DNA from: Candidatus Adlerbacteria bacterium
GTDB taxonomy: Bacteria > Patescibacteriota > Minisyncoccia > Phycocordibacterales > SBAW01
Length of the DNA stretch: 64,000 nt
Reading direction: 5' to 3'
Assembly (NCBI GenBank): GCA_903851045.1
Contig: CAINNF010000010.1
Location: forward strand, 1,258-65,257
Shown: positions 38,118 through 47,345 of the stretch, in pieces
How the letters are laid out: each line of letters opens with the position of its first letter
Numbering within the stretch: position 1 is the stretch's first letter
Translations under genes and position numbers: made by a program
Notes under the pieces: model-generated
Told to the model about the DNA's origin: nothing
What the model saw: only the letters and a program-made list of their open reading frames with translations
Databases searched by the model: none

Positions 38118-38465
38118 ATGCGGCACGGAAATGTAAACAGAAAATTTGGACGAAAGACCGACGAACGCCGGGCGCTCCTTCGCTCGCTCGCACGTTCTCT
38201 CGTGTTAGAGGGTCACATCAAGACGACGCAGGCGCGCGCGAAGGAGATCCGCCCCCTTGTTGAGAAGATGGTCACCCGCGGCAAGGTGGATTCGGTCTCG
38301 AATCGACGCCTGCTCGAAAGCTTGCTTGGCGATGCGATAACGGTCAAGAAGCTTCTCGAGACCGCGAAGCAGTACACCACGCGCCCAGGCGGGTACCTCC
38401 GCATCGTGAAGATGGGTCCACGCAAAGGGGACGCGAGTCCGATGGCCGTAATCGAGTTTGTATAA
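38118..38465 (+). CDS. rplQ: 50S ribosomal protein L17
   Basis: MRHGNVNRKFGRKTDERRALLRSLARSLVLEGHIKTT. Confidence 0.95.
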   Translation: MRHGNVNRKFGRKTDERRALLRSLARSLVLEGHIKTTQARAKEIRPLVEKMVTRGKVDSVSNRRLLESLLGDAITVKKLLETAKQYTTRPGGYLRIVKMGPRKGDASPMAVIEFV

Positions 38466-38469
38466 TCAT

Positions 38470-38811
38470 ATGAAAACCATAGACGCAAATAACCAGACCC
38501 TTGGACGAGTCGCGAGCGCAGCAGCGAAGGCGCTCTTGGGTAAGCACTCGGCCGACTTCGCGAAGAACGTCGTCGCGAAGGATGGGGTCACCATCATCAA
38601 CGCTTCGAAGGTCCGCATCTCGGGCAACAAGAAGCTCGACAAGGACTATATCCGCTACTCTGGCTACCCAGGCGGGCAAAAAACCGAGACCTATGCTATG
38701 CTCACAGCGCGCAAGGGTGAGCAGGAGGTTATCCGCAAGGCAGTGCTCGGCATGCTCCCGAAGAACCGTCTGCAAAGCGAGCGCATCAAGATGCTCGTCA
38801 TCGAAAACTAA
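38470..38811 (+). CDS. rplM: 50S ribosomal protein L13
   Basis: MKTIDANNQTLGRVASAAAKALLGKH...; the ATG at 38470 follows the rplQ stop. An alternative in-frame ATG at 38458 overlaps rplQ. Confidence 0.9.
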   Translation: MKTIDANNQTLGRVASAAAKALLGKHSADFAKNVVAKDGVTIINASKVRISGNKKLDKDYIRYSGYPGGQKTETYAMLTARKGEQEVIRKAVLGMLPKNRLQSERIKMLVIEN

Positions 38812-38816
38812 TCATT

Positions 38817-39239
38817 ATGGCAACCACCACTAAAACAATACCGAAAGGAGAGCGCTACATCGAGGCCGTCGGCCGACGCAAGACTGCTATCGCCCGCGCA
38901 CGCATAACTCCTGCCGCGAGCATGACGGCGACCGTCAACAAGAAGGACATCAACACCTACTTCATGACGGAGCCGCTGCGCATCACCGCACTGGAGCCAT
39001 TTCTTAAAGTTACGCTCCCGACCCAGTTCGCGATCACAGTCGTGGTTTCTGGCGGCGGTATCGCGGGCCAGGCGGTCGCCGTTCGTCATGCAATAGCGCG
39101 CGCACTCACCGAGTACGATATCAACCTGCGTACGACGCTGAAGAAAGAAGGCTTCCTCAAGCGCGACCCACGCGCGAAGGAGCGCCGCAAGCCCGGTCTC
39201 GTCAAAGCCCGCAAGCGCAAGCAGTGGTCGAAGCGCTAA
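38817..39239 (+). CDS. rpsI: 30S ribosomal protein S9
   Basis: ...GRRKTAIARARI...GGGIAGQAVAVRHAIARAL...KERRKPGLVKARKRKQWSKR. Confidence 0.95.
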   Translation: MATTTKTIPKGERYIEAVGRRKTAIARARITPAASMTATVNKKDINTYFMTEPLRITALEPFLKVTLPTQFAITVVVSGGGIAGQAVAVRHAIARALTEYDINLRTTLKKEGFLKRDPRAKERRKPGLVKARKRKQWSKR

Positions 39240-39261
39240 TAATCCCCTTAGTTTCTCCCAA

Positions 39262-39290
39262 AACCCCGCTTAAGGCGGGGTTTTGCTTTC
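39262..39290 (+). terminator. rho-independent terminator after rpsI
   Basis: aaaaccccgc-ttaag-gcggggtttt followed by gctttc. Confidence 0.7.
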
Positions 39291-39315
39291 TATATCTTGT
39301 GGTATAATACCCGTC

Positions 39316-39672
39316 ATGGAAGTACTCCAACTCAAAATAAATCTGCCAGTAACCTTTATCGAAGATGGCGACGCAGTCGTTGCGTATACTCCTGCACTTG
39401 ATCTTTCAACCGCAGGAGACGACAAAGAGGATGCCAAGCGCATGTTCGCCGAGGCTGTGGATATCTTCTTTGAGGACTTAATCGCACACAATACGCTTGA
39501 TGAAGTGCTTACTGAATTAGGCTGGAGCAAGAGTATCGAGACGGGGTGGCAACCGCCGCATATTTCGCAGGAAGCCATCAAGATGGCAGTCATCGAAAGT
39601 ACAAGAAAGCGGGGTTGCGGAGACCAATTATCGTGCCGGCGCGAGAGCGTGTGCCGATACATGTCATATTGA
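39316..39672 (+). CDS. HicB-like antitoxin N-domain followed in frame by a HicA-like N-terminal segment (fusion or frameshifted locus)
   Basis: MEVLQLKINLPVTFIEDGDAVVAYTPALDLSTAGDDKEDAKRMFAEAVDIFFEDL matches the HicB N-terminal (RNase-H-like) domain. It is followed by NTLDEVLTELGWSKSIE, the HicA N-terminal motif. The remaining C-terminus in this frame is not HicA-like. Confidence 0.5.
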   Translation: MEVLQLKINLPVTFIEDGDAVVAYTPALDLSTAGDDKEDAKRMFAEAVDIFFEDLIAHNTLDEVLTELGWSKSIETGWQPPHISQEAIKMAVIESTRKRGCGDQLSCRRESVCRYMSY

Positions 39673-39734
39673 GTAATCTGCGAACACTCAGTATTTCAAA
39701 AGAGGAGCGTATTCGAATCCTCGAAGGGCTGTAA
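39546..39734 (+). pseudogene. HicA-like toxin C-terminal portion in a different frame (probable frameshifted hicA)
   Basis: The other frame reads ...GSHQDGSHRKYKKAGLRRPIIVPARERVPIHVILSNLRTLSI..., matching the HicA core (GSHH.F.HP.KPG.VTVPHPKKDLP.GTLRSIL). The first possible start is GTG 39546, which would overlap the upstream ORF by 127 nt. Confidence 0.45.
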
Positions 39735-39862
39735 GCAAGGTGGCACCTTGCTTATTAAAACTCTGGCAACAGGGTCTTGTTTTTATATATAAGTTATTGT
39801 AATTTGGCTGTACGCACCGGCATAGCCGGATGACTGCGAAACCAACAAACTGGAGATTTGTT

Positions 39863-40297
39863 ATGGCCGAATGCGATCCTGTAGTTACATTGCACTGCTC
39901 ATTTTGCAGCAAACACTTCAGCGAAGTCAAAAAGCTTGTTCGGGGGAAAAATGCGCTTATTTGTGATGAGTGTGTTGATGCGGCAGTAGGAACTTTGTTA
40001 TCAGAAGGGTTCGGACTACCCTGGCCATTAAGGGAAAATGAGCCTTCAGTCCTCGCACGAGTAGTTCTTGCGCGGTGTCCTCCCAATGAGGAAGAGTCCG
40101 CGAGAGACTGGTTCCGTTCTCTCATAGAAAGTTGGCGTGAACTGATAACTGAGGAGTTTCTCAAATCCAAGAAGACGCTTGAGACCAGGAAGGCTGCAGT
40201 AGACGAACGCATCGCAGCCCTCAAAGCAGAAATTGCCGGGCTTCAAGAAGAATCGAGAGTCCTTGCTGTAGATATTCAGAAACTACCAAACGTGTGA
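39863..40297 (+). CDS. stand-alone ClpX-type C4 zinc-finger (ZBD) domain protein with a C-terminal coiled coil
   Basis: MAECDPVVTLHCSFCSKHFSEVKKLVRGKNALICDECVDAAVGTLL parallels the ClpX N-terminal ZBD (CSFCGK...ICDECV). GGAG RBS; the remaining ~95 aa are helical. No AAA+ module is present. Confidence 0.65.
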   Translation: MAECDPVVTLHCSFCSKHFSEVKKLVRGKNALICDECVDAAVGTLLSEGFGLPWPLRENEPSVLARVVLARCPPNEEESARDWFRSLIESWRELITEEFLKSKKTLETRKAAVDERIAALKAEIAGLQEESRVLAVDIQKLPNV

Positions 40298-40322
40298 CGG
40301 AGGTTTTCGCCACTCCACCTTT

Positions 40323-40380
40323 ACTCCCGCCCCCCCATCTCGTATCCTAGGCGAGGATGGGGAGCGGGGGATTTATTTTT
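40323..40380 (+). terminator. GC-rich imperfect hairpin plus T-tract (terminator candidate)
   Basis: ctcccgcccccccatctcg...cgaggatggggagcggggg followed by atttattttttt. Confidence 0.5.
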
Positions 40381-40408
40381 TTGACTTAAGGGTATTTTTG
40401 TGTAGAAT
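40381..40408 (+). promoter_or_regulatory. promoter TTGACT-16-TAGAAT upstream of grpE
   Basis: TTGACT 40381-40386; TAGAAT 40403-40408. Confidence 0.5.
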
Positions 40409-40417
40409 ACAGACACT

Positions 40418-40966
40418 ATGGTTGACTCAGAAGACAATGTTTTGGATACGGAGTTCGAGAGTGAGGAGGAGGTAGAGGGTGGGGCGGCAGCTGTGCAGAA
40501 GTTGCGGGAAAAATTAAAGAAGGCGGTCGAGGAGAAGCAGGAATATTTGGAGGGCTGGCAGCGCTCACGGGCCGACTTCGCCAACTTCAAGCGCGAAGAG
40601 GCGTCGCTTCACTCTGACCGCGAGGAGCGCATCAAGGCGGAATTCGCCGAAGCCGTCATCCCCACGCTCGACTCGTTCGAGATGGCGCTCGGGAGTAAGT
40701 CCTTTAAGGAGGGCTCGGCAGAGTGGCAGAAGGGGATCAGCTCGCTCTATCAGGGTCTCATCAATTCGCTCTCGCAGGTCGGCATCAAACAGTTCGTCCC
40801 CAAGGGCGAGAAGTTCGACCCGTACAAACACGAAGCTTTACGCGAGGTAAGCACTGACGACGAGTCGCTCGACCACACTATTGAAACTGTCGAGCGCTCC
40901 GGCTATAGTATTGGCGATAGGATCATCCGGCCCGCACAGGTGTCGGTGTTCACACACAAAAAGTAA
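40418..40966 (+). CDS. grpE: nucleotide exchange factor GrpE
   Basis: Acidic N-terminus, long coiled coil and C-terminal beta domain; position upstream of dnaK. Confidence 0.9.
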   Translation: MVDSEDNVLDTEFESEEEVEGGAAAVQKLREKLKKAVEEKQEYLEGWQRSRADFANFKREEASLHSDREERIKAEFAEAVIPTLDSFEMALGSKSFKEGSAEWQKGISSLYQGLINSLSQVGIKQFVPKGEKFDPYKHEALREVSTDDESLDHTIETVERSGYSIGDRIIRPAQVSVFTHKK

Positions 40967-40997
40967 TAATTATTTTATTCACTAAAGATAAAAAACT

Positions 40998-42932
40998 ATG
41001 GGAAAAATTCTTGGTATAGACTTGGGCACGACGAACTCAGCGGTCGCGGTCATGCGCGCGGGCGAGCCACAGATCATCGAGAACGCCGAGGGCGCGCGCA
41101 CGACCCCGTCGGTCGTCGCAACTTCCAAGACCGGCGAGCGGCTCGTCGGCCTCATCGCGCGTCGCCAGGCGGTCACGAACCCGAAGAACACGGTCTACCA
41201 GATCAAGCGCTTCATCGGCCACAACTTTGACGAGCCGCTGGTGCAGAAGGACAAGGCTGCCGTGCCCTACGAGATGCGCAAGTCCCAGAACGGCGGCATC
41301 GAGGTCGCAATGGGTAGTTCTTCGACAGGCTCAGGACAGGCCTGGTATCGACCGGAAGAGATCTCGGCGATGATACTTCAAAAGTTGAAGGCAGATGCAG
41401 AGAAGCGTCTCGGCGAGACCATCACCGAAGCGGTCATCACCGTACCCGCATATTTTAATGACGCGCAGCGCGCTGCCACCCGCGACGCGGGCAAGATAGC
41501 GGGGCTCGACGTCAAGCGTATTATCAACGAGCCGACCGCAGCCGCACTCGCGTACGGATTCAACAAAAAGAAGGACGAGAAAGTGGTCGTCTTCGACTTC
41601 GGCGGTGGTACCTTCGACATTTCGGTGCTCGAAGTGACCATGGGTACCGAGGGCGAAGGCTCGATTGAAGTTCGCTCGACCGACGGCGACGCACACCTGG
41701 GCGGCAAGGACCTCGACCAAAAGATCATCGACTACTTGGCGACCGAATTCCAAAAGGAGAGCGGCATCGATGTGCGCAACGACCCGCTCGCCCGCCAGCG
41801 ACTGGACGAAGCAGCCGAAAAGGCGAAGATCGAGCTCTCGACCGCGGTCGAGACCGAGGTCAACATCCCGTTCATCACCTCCGACTCCTCGGGCCCCCGT
41901 CACTTGCTCATCAAGCTCTCGCGCGCGAAGCTCGAAGAGATCTCGGCAGAGTTCATCGACCGCGCTATCTCTATCACGAAGCGTGCGATGGAAGCGTCAC
42001 CGTTCAAGATCACTGACATCAACGAAGTGATCCTCGTCGGCGGCCAGACCCGCATGCCTGCGCTCCAAGCGGCAGTGGAGAAGTATTTCGGCAAGAAGCC
42101 GAACATGAGCGTGAACCCAGACGAGGTCGTCGCCATCGGCGCGGCTATCCAGGGTGGTATCCTCGGCGGCGAAGTGCGCGACGTGCTCTTGCTCGATGTT
42201 ATCCCGCTCTCGCTTGGCATCGAGACCATGGGCGGCGTCGCGACCAAGCTGATCGAGCGCAACACGACCATTCCGACCAGTCGCTCGCAGATCTTCTCGA
42301 CCGCAGCGGACAACCAAACGTCGGTCGAGATCCACATCACCCAGGGCGAGCGCGCGATGTCCGCGGACAACAAGTCGCTCGGTCGCTTCGTGCTCGACGG
42401 CATCCCGCCTGCACCTCGTGGCCTCCCACAGGTCGAGGTGACCTTCGACGTCGATGCGAACGGCATTCTCTCCGTCAAAGCGAAGGAAAAGACGACTGGC
42501 AAGGAGCAGTCGATCCGCATCGAAGCATCCTCAGGACTCTCCGACGCCGACATCGAGAAGATGCGCAAGGAGGCCGAAGCTAACGCCGACGCCGACAAGG
42601 CGAAGGTCGAGCTCGCAAGCACCCGCAACGAAGCCGAGCAGCTCGTCTACACTGCACGAAAGTCACTTACCGACAACAAAGGTAAGATCCCAGCAGAGCT
42701 CGAGACCAGTATCAACGAAAAAATTACCACGCTTGAGACGAAGAAAGGCGCGGAGAACGTCGCTGACATCAAGACCGCGACCGAAGATCTCTCCCGAGAG
42801 CTCACCAAGGTCTACGAGGCGATACAGAAAGCCTCTGCATCTGAAGCACCGAAAACTAACGGAGCTGATTCCGCAAACTCCTCGGAGCAAGATACGCAGA
42901 CTCCTCCACCAGGCGACGCTGCGCAGCAGTAA
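40998..42932 (+). CDS. dnaK: molecular chaperone DnaK (Hsp70)
   Basis: [28 protein letters not shown] and full-length Hsp70 similarity; 644 aa. Confidence 0.97.
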   Translation: MGKILGIDLGTTNSAVAVMRAGEPQIIENAEGARTTPSVVATSKTGERLVGLIARRQAVTNPKNTVYQIKRFIGHNFDEPLVQKDKAAVPYEMRKSQNGGIEVAMGSSSTGSGQAWYRPEEISAMILQKLKADAEKRLGETITEAVITVPAYFNDAQRAATRDAGKIAGLDVKRIINEPTAAALAYGFNKKKDEKVVVFDFGGGTFDISVLEVTMGTEGEGSIEVRSTDGDAHLGGKDLDQKIIDYLATEFQKESGIDVRNDPLARQRLDEAAEKAKIELSTAVETEVNIPFITSDSSGPRHLLIKLSRAKLEEISAEFIDRAISITKRAMEASPFKITDINEVILVGGQTRMPALQAAVEKYFGKKPNMSVNPDEVVAIGAAIQGGILGGEVRDVLLLDVIPLSLGIETMGGVATKLIERNTTIPTSRSQIFSTAADNQTSVEIHITQGERAMSADNKSLGRFVLDGIPPAPRGLPQVEVTFDVDANGILSVKAKEKTTGKEQSIRIEASSGLSDADIEKMRKEAEANADADKAKVELASTRNEAEQLVYTARKSLTDNKGKIPAELETSINEKITTLETKKGAENVADIKTATEDLSRELTKVYEAIQKASASEAPKTNGADSANSSEQDTQTPPPGDAAQQ

Positions 42933-43009
42933 CACCGCTTACCATATCCGACATGAAGCAAACCTTTCTGTGCTGTCAGGAAGGTTCGCTCGTGGTACAG
43001 TAAAATTTC

Positions 43010-44833
43010 ATGCAAAAGCCTCGAACCAAAGCGGTCGGCATATCTGCCGTGCTCCATACATATTGGCAGTATCTCAGGCAACGTCCGTGGACGCTTGGGC
43101 TGATCTTCGGGAGCAGCCTTGTCTTGCAGATAACCAACCTCGTGGCACCGCTGTACATGCGGACGCTCTTTAACCTGCTCGCTGGAGGAACGCCCGACAC
43201 CATCCCCCTGTCGGTCTTGCTGCATCTACTCGTTCTCATCTCCGTCGTGTGGATAATCGACTGGATGGCGGTACGAAGCCAAACATTCACTACCGCGGCG
43301 ATGGAGGCACGGATCATGACCGAACTGCAGACGGATGCCTTTGCCTATCTGCTTGAGCACTCACATACCTTCTTCATTTCGAACTTTTCCGGCTCACTGA
43401 CACACAAGGTCAAACAGTTCGCACGGTCGTTCGAGGGACTATTCGACGCGATCTCGTTCCAATTCCTGCCGACCTGTATGTTCATGCTGGGTGCCATCGG
43501 TATCCTCTTTGTGCGTAATTATATCCTTGGCCTTTTGCTCGCCGTATGGACCGTCTTATTCGTCAGCTTTCAAATATGGATAGCGAAAAGTCGGCAACCG
43601 ACCCGTATCATGAAGGCTGCCACGGACACACGGGTCACCGGCACGCTCGCGGATGCGATATCGAACCAGTCCGCGATAGCGCTCTTCGCGGCTCATACGT
43701 ACGAACTCGCACGCTTCAAGGTCACGATACGCGAGTGGCATGACGCGACTCGAAAGTTGTGGAAGATGGAGGACTGGACATGGGCATGGCTTGGGCTCTT
43801 CATGCTCGTCATACAGATCGCGATGTTGTACGGAACACTTGTGCTGTGGAAGCAAGGTTCGCTCACCATCGGCGACTTCGTGCTAGTACAATCCTATCTG
43901 CTGACCGCGTTCAACCGACTTTTTGGCGTTAATCGTGACCTGCGTGGATTCTATGGTGCGATCGCCGACGCGAGCGAGATGATCGAGATCCTACGAACGC
44001 CGCATGAGATAATCGACGCGTCCAAGGCACGACCGCTCCATGTCACAAAAGGCGATGTAACGTTCGTCGACACGAGCTTCGCGTTCACTCCAACGAAACC
44101 GATCTTGCAGCACCTGACACTGTCCATCCCCGGTGGGCAACGAGTGGCGCTGGTGGGACCCTCGGGTGCGGGCAAGTCGACCATCACAAGGCTTTTGTTG
44201 CGTATGTTCGACGTCAAAGGTGGCTCGATCGAGATAGACGGACAAAATATCGCTGCGGTCACACAAGATAGTTTGCGCGAAGCGATCGCTTTTGTACCGC
44301 AAGAACCAGTACTCTTCCACCGAAGCCTCATGGACAATATCCGCTACGGCCGACGCGACGCGACCGATGAGGAGGTGCTCGAGGCTGCGAAACAAGCGCA
44401 TTGTCACGAGTTCATCTCTGGTCTCGCAGAGGGGTATGAGACGTTCGTCGGTGAACGTGGCGTTAAGCTTTCAGGCGGTGAACGGCAACGCGTCGCCATC
44501 GCTCGTGCGCTGCTGAAGAACGCACCGATCCTCATACTTGATGAGGCGACATCCAGCCTCGACTCCGAGTCTGAACACCTCATCCAAGACGCGCTCGCGA
44601 TCTTGATGCAGCACAAAACAGTACTTGTAATAGCCCACCGCCTCTCGACCATCATGAAGATGGACCGGATCATCGTGCTTGAAGGAGGCTCGGTGGTCGC
44701 CGACGGCACACACGACGAGCTGCTGGCGCAGGGCGGCCTTTACCAAAAACTCTGGAGCATCCAAGCGGGCGGATTCATCCCCGACGAAGATGCGGAAACG
44801 AACGAGGAAGACATGGTAGGCGATCGAGAATAA
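43010..44833 (+). CDS. ABC exporter, fused permease and ATPase (MsbA-like)
   Basis: Six TM helices, then Walker A GPSGAGKST, LSGGERQRVAIARAL signature and Walker B ILILDEATS; 607 aa. Confidence 0.85.
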   Translation: MQKPRTKAVGISAVLHTYWQYLRQRPWTLGLIFGSSLVLQITNLVAPLYMRTLFNLLAGGTPDTIPLSVLLHLLVLISVVWIIDWMAVRSQTFTTAAMEARIMTELQTDAFAYLLEHSHTFFISNFSGSLTHKVKQFARSFEGLFDAISFQFLPTCMFMLGAIGILFVRNYILGLLLAVWTVLFVSFQIWIAKSRQPTRIMKAATDTRVTGTLADAISNQSAIALFAAHTYELARFKVTIREWHDATRKLWKMEDWTWAWLGLFMLVIQIAMLYGTLVLWKQGSLTIGDFVLVQSYLLTAFNRLFGVNRDLRGFYGAIADASEMIEILRTPHEIIDASKARPLHVTKGDVTFVDTSFAFTPTKPILQHLTLSIPGGQRVALVGPSGAGKSTITRLLLRMFDVKGGSIEIDGQNIAAVTQDSLREAIAFVPQEPVLFHRSLMDNIRYGRRDATDEEVLEAAKQAHCHEFISGLAEGYETFVGERGVKLSGGERQRVAIARALLKNAPILILDEATSSLDSESEHLIQDALAILMQHKTVLVIAHRLSTIMKMDRIIVLEGGSVVADGTHDELLAQGGLYQKLWSIQAGGFIPDEDAETNEEDMVGDRE

Positions 44834-44882
44834 AAAGAGACTTCTTGCATAGCGTCACTTCTCTGGTAGAATATGGTCGACT

Positions 44883-45974
44883 ATGTCTAACAAAAAAGAT
44901 TACTACGAAGTGCTTGGTATCACGAAGAGCGCCTCGAAGGAAGAGATAAAGAAAGCTTTTCATAAACTAGCGCACAAGCTACATCCCGACAAAGCGACCG
45001 GCGATGTCGAGAAGTTCAAAGAGGTCTCCGAGGCATACTCCATCCTCTCCGACGACAAGAAGCGCGCCGAGTACGACTCCTACGGTCGCGTCTTTAGCGA
45101 CGGTGCAGGTCCTGGTCCGGGAGCTGGCTTCGGTGGTGGTGCGGCAGGGTTCGACTTCTCACAGTTCCAAGATGCCTTCCAGAACGGATTCGGATTCGAC
45201 TTTGGCGATGTGTTCACCGATTTCTTCGGCAATCAGGGTCCTGGGCGGTCGCGTCGTGGGCGCGACATCTCCATCGATCTCGAACTCACGTTCGCCGAGT
45301 CGGTCTTTGGTGTACGACGCAAGGTGCTCCTCGCCAAGTCGGCAGTATGCGAAACGTGCAAAGGTAGCGGTGCCGAACCAAAGACCGAACTCATCACCTG
45401 CACCCACTGCAATGGTACCGGCAAGCTCCACGAGACCACCAACTCGTTCTTCGGCACTATTAGCATGGAGAGTCCGTGCCGCACCTGCCACGCGACCGGC
45501 AAGATCCCGAAAGAGAAGTGCCACACCTGCCGCGGCGAGGGCGTGTATCGCAAACAAGAGGAGATAGAGATAGCGGTACCCTCAGGTATCGACGGTGGCG
45601 AGATGATACGACTCACCGGAGCGGGCGAAGCGGTCGCAGGCGGTACTTCGGGCGATTTGTATGTAAAGATCCATGTGCGCCCCGACCCGCGGTTCAAGAA
45701 GGATGGCACCAACATCGTCACCGAACTCAACATTAAACTGACCGACGCGCTCCTCGGCGCACAGTACACCATCCCGACGCTCGACGGCGACGACACGGTG
45801 ACTATCCCCCAAGGAGTGACCCATGGCGAACTCCTCAAGATCGTCGGCAAAGGCATCCCGAACCCCCGTGGCAAAAGAGGCGACTTCTATGTCCGCATTA
45901 AGATCACCCTGCCACACAAACTCTCCCGCACCGCCAAAGGCCTGGTCGAGAAACTCAAAGAGGAGGGGATATAA
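44883..45974 (+). CDS. dnaJ: molecular chaperone DnaJ
   Basis: J domain ([31 protein letters not shown]), G/F region, four CxxCxGxG zinc-finger repeats and a C-terminal domain. Confidence 0.95.
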   Translation: MSNKKDYYEVLGITKSASKEEIKKAFHKLAHKLHPDKATGDVEKFKEVSEAYSILSDDKKRAEYDSYGRVFSDGAGPGPGAGFGGGAAGFDFSQFQDAFQNGFGFDFGDVFTDFFGNQGPGRSRRGRDISIDLELTFAESVFGVRRKVLLAKSAVCETCKGSGAEPKTELITCTHCNGTGKLHETTNSFFGTISMESPCRTCHATGKIPKEKCHTCRGEGVYRKQEEIEIAVPSGIDGGEMIRLTGAGEAVAGGTSGDLYVKIHVRPDPRFKKDGTNIVTELNIKLTDALLGAQYTIPTLDGDDTVTIPQGVTHGELLKIVGKGIPNPRGKRGDFYVRIKITLPHKLSRTAKGLVEKLKEEGI

Positions 45975-46004
45975 AGAGCAGTATTGTGGTATACTATCAA
46001 CATT

Positions 46005-46193
46005 ATGGCAATAGTCACCGCACAAAAGCAAAAAACACTTGAGCAAAAATACTTGGTACCCAAAAAGGAATACGACCTTTTTCAGCAATGGCAAAAGGAA
46101 GTAAAGGACGCACTCAAGAAAGTCCAACATGGACGAAAAGAGTATAAAAGCGACCGAACGACCATCGCACCATCTCCACGAGTCTTTCGATAG
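46005..46193 (+). CDS. putative antitoxin (small protein immediately upstream of a RelE/ParE-like toxin)
   Basis: 63-aa charged helical ORF ending 2 nt before the toxin gene; call based on position only. The ATG at 46005 is preferred over 45984. Confidence 0.4.
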   Translation: MAIVTAQKQKTLEQKYLVPKKEYDLFQQWQKEVKDALKKVQHGRKEYKSDRTTIAPSPRVFR

Positions 46194-46195
46194 GT

Positions 46196-46465
46196 ATGCA
46201 AAAGCGACCGCTGACAATCCACTATTCCTCAGAATTTCAGCGAGCATACAAAAAGTTACCCGAGGCAGTACAAAATATGGTCGACCGAAAGGATCGATTG
46301 TTCAGAGTTGACCCAATGCATCCTGGACTACACACCCACAAACTCCACGGCCCGCTCGCGGGACTATGGTCGTTTTACATAAACAGGGACTATCGTGTCT
46401 TGTTTGAGTTCATAAAAAATGGAGCATTGTTCCACGATGTGGGCACACACGATATTTATAAATAA
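46196..46465 (+). CDS. RelE/ParE-family type II toxin (mRNA interferase)
   Basis: ...LHGPLAGLWSFYINRDYRVLFEFIKNGALFHDVGTHDIY matches the RelE/ParE C-terminal pattern (L.G...R.G.YR..Y.....I..L.IGHR.D.Y); 89 aa. Confidence 0.7.
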   Translation: MQKRPLTIHYSSEFQRAYKKLPEAVQNMVDRKDRLFRVDPMHPGLHTHKLHGPLAGLWSFYINRDYRVLFEFIKNGALFHDVGTHDIYK

Positions 46466-46492
46466 ACTCAAAGAGGAGGAATATAAAGATTA

Positions 46493-46518
46493 AACGCGCA
46501 CCATCTCTGGTGCGCGTT
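46493..46518. terminator. perfect 11-bp stem-loop between convergent genes
   Basis: aacgcgcacca-tctc-tggtgcgcgtt. Confidence 0.5.
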
Positions 46519-46548
46519 CGTTGTAGCCGGCGCGATTTCTCATCGTTA

Positions 46549-46833
46549 TTAGTCCTCGTTGACGAGGTCGTCTGCCTCGGCCATGAAGCGTTCGTGGTCG
46601 TCAACCTCTTCTTGGCCTTTTTCGGCATCTTCGCGGAGAGCTCGAAGATCCCCTGCATTCAATCCGAGACTCTCAAGAGGAACGCCCAGCCCTTCTGCAC
46701 GTACTACCACCTCGCGAGCATGGTAGTACATCTCGCTGGTTACCCTTGGATTGGCGACAAGACGCGCTTTCATGGCCTTCCACCACTGCAGCGGCTCCTG
46801 GAGAAGCTCTGCCGTCGTTTGCGGTTCGGTCAT
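46549..46833 (-). CDS. hypothetical acidic protein (94 aa)
   Basis: On the minus strand, TTGACA...TATATT promoter-like elements lie upstream and GGAGG-N6-ATG at the start. Confidence 0.5.
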   Translation of the reverse strand: MTEPQTTAELLQEPLQWWKAMKARLVANPRVTSEMYYHAREVVVRAEGLGVPLESLGLNAGDLRALREDAEKGQEEVDDHERFMAEADDLVNED

Positions 46834-47345
46834 CTCTTTGGCCCTCCTCGGCCATATTTTTGGGCAAAAACGCCCGTTCGACTAAGTATAATATAGCATA
46901 TTAATAGTAGATATGTCAAGTTCACGCAACAAGGCAGGATAAGGAATTTTTTGGTATACCATTTTAGCCGTGACAATGACAGCTGCAAAAAAGCAGGGAA
47001 CGTCTGAGAAAAGAAAAAGGCTACACTGTTGCTCGTGCAGCCTGCCGAAAACGAAAGTCTGGTTGTCGGTGCCCTCCGTTTTCGTCGCCATAATACCGAC
47101 ACACAACGACAACACCATCGTGTGATGTTGCTCCCGCACAGGATATCTCTCCTACACAGCAACGTGTAGCACCTACTCCTGGCAGTTGACTGTCCCCTGA
47201 CCGATCGCTGAACGGTGACATACACGTCGGGGGCGTAAGCCCGGAAGGCATACCGCTGGACAGTCCTAACCAAATAAAACCATATACAGCAAATGATTAA
47301 TTGTCAAGAGTCTCCTGGGACTTTTTTTCTGCTACACTAAGCGGT

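Noticed and set aside
39688-40224. 178-aa Ser-rich minus-strand ORF
   Set aside because: It lies antisense to the ClpX-ZBD gene and the AT-rich intergenic region, has low-complexity composition and lacks promoter or RBS support.
42933-43009. Terminator between dnaK and the ABC exporter
   Set aside because: It is only an imperfect 7-bp stem (CCTTTCT/AGGAAGG with one mismatch) without a U-tract, which is too weak to call.
46830-47273. 147-aa minus-strand ORF upstream of trpS
   Set aside because: It contains the promoter and RBS of the neighbouring minus-strand gene within its coding sequence and has no start signals of its own. It was treated as non-coding; the region is reported instead as a possible structured leader.
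46930-47300. T-box riboswitch or RNase P RNA upstream of trpS
   Set aside because: No AGGGTGGNACCGCG T-box sequence was found. GAAAGTCTGG and CCGGGCTTA-like RNase P motifs occur on opposite strands, so neither model fits.
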